A DNA stretch of 63,704 nucleotides, counting the filler, from Octopus bimaculoides (Eukaryota): the NCBI RefSeq assembly GCF_001194135.2. It is 4 parts of 3 records of this genome, joined end to end, with 100 filler letters (N's around TTAATTAATTAA, not from the genome) between each part and the next. Parts side by side here need not be neighbours in the genome. Positions count along the whole stretch, not along the records: positions 53,766 to 63,704 come from NC_068984.1; 3 more parts are not named here. The stretch is one strand, 5' to 3'. Positions 63,681 through 63,704 of this stretch are shown piece after piece. Positions within the stretch are counted from its first letter, which is position 1. The number at the start of each line of letters is the position of its first letter. The notes under the pieces were generated by a model. The model worked only from the letters and a program-made list of their open reading frames with translations, was not told the origin of the DNA and did not search any database. Made by a program: the position numbers and the translations under genes.

Positions 63681-63704
63681 TACCTTTCGAACAAAACACG
63701 AAAA

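Overview
Eukaryotic, AT-rich, microsatellite-saturated genomic DNA. The SINE/LINE repertoire and repeat density point to an octopod cephalopod (inference). The window is four sequence blocks (1-23544, 23645-39760, 39861-53665, 53766-63704) joined by an identical artificial 100-bp spacer (44 N + TTAATTAATTAA + 44 N), so adjacency across the joins is not guaranteed. One host gene is well supported: three in-phase + strand coding exons (689-811, 10306-10455, 15284-15310) encoding a small protein ending in CxxCxxGxxGHxxH, which resembles the C-terminus of human C10orf143 (recalled from memory, not searched). The rest is mostly mobile DNA: three tRNA-derived SINE families, many RTE LINE pieces (one with APE + RT remnants), two Penelope-like RT fragments, R4/Dong-like and CRE-like endonuclease ends, a mariner end, MITEs and fold-back elements. 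The most interesting signals are two hammerhead-ribozyme folds with palindromic stem III (53886-53931 +, 63595-63680 -) plus a decayed third, a cluster of near-perfect inverted repeats in or just downstream of the host gene (candidate dsRNA/editing substrates), and four back-to-back hairpins in 100 nt (22547-22646) in a CpG-retaining promoter-like zone. Almost all ORFs in the supplied track are microsatellite or N-gap artefacts. All alignments and mismatch counts were done by eye; repeat boundaries are approximate.
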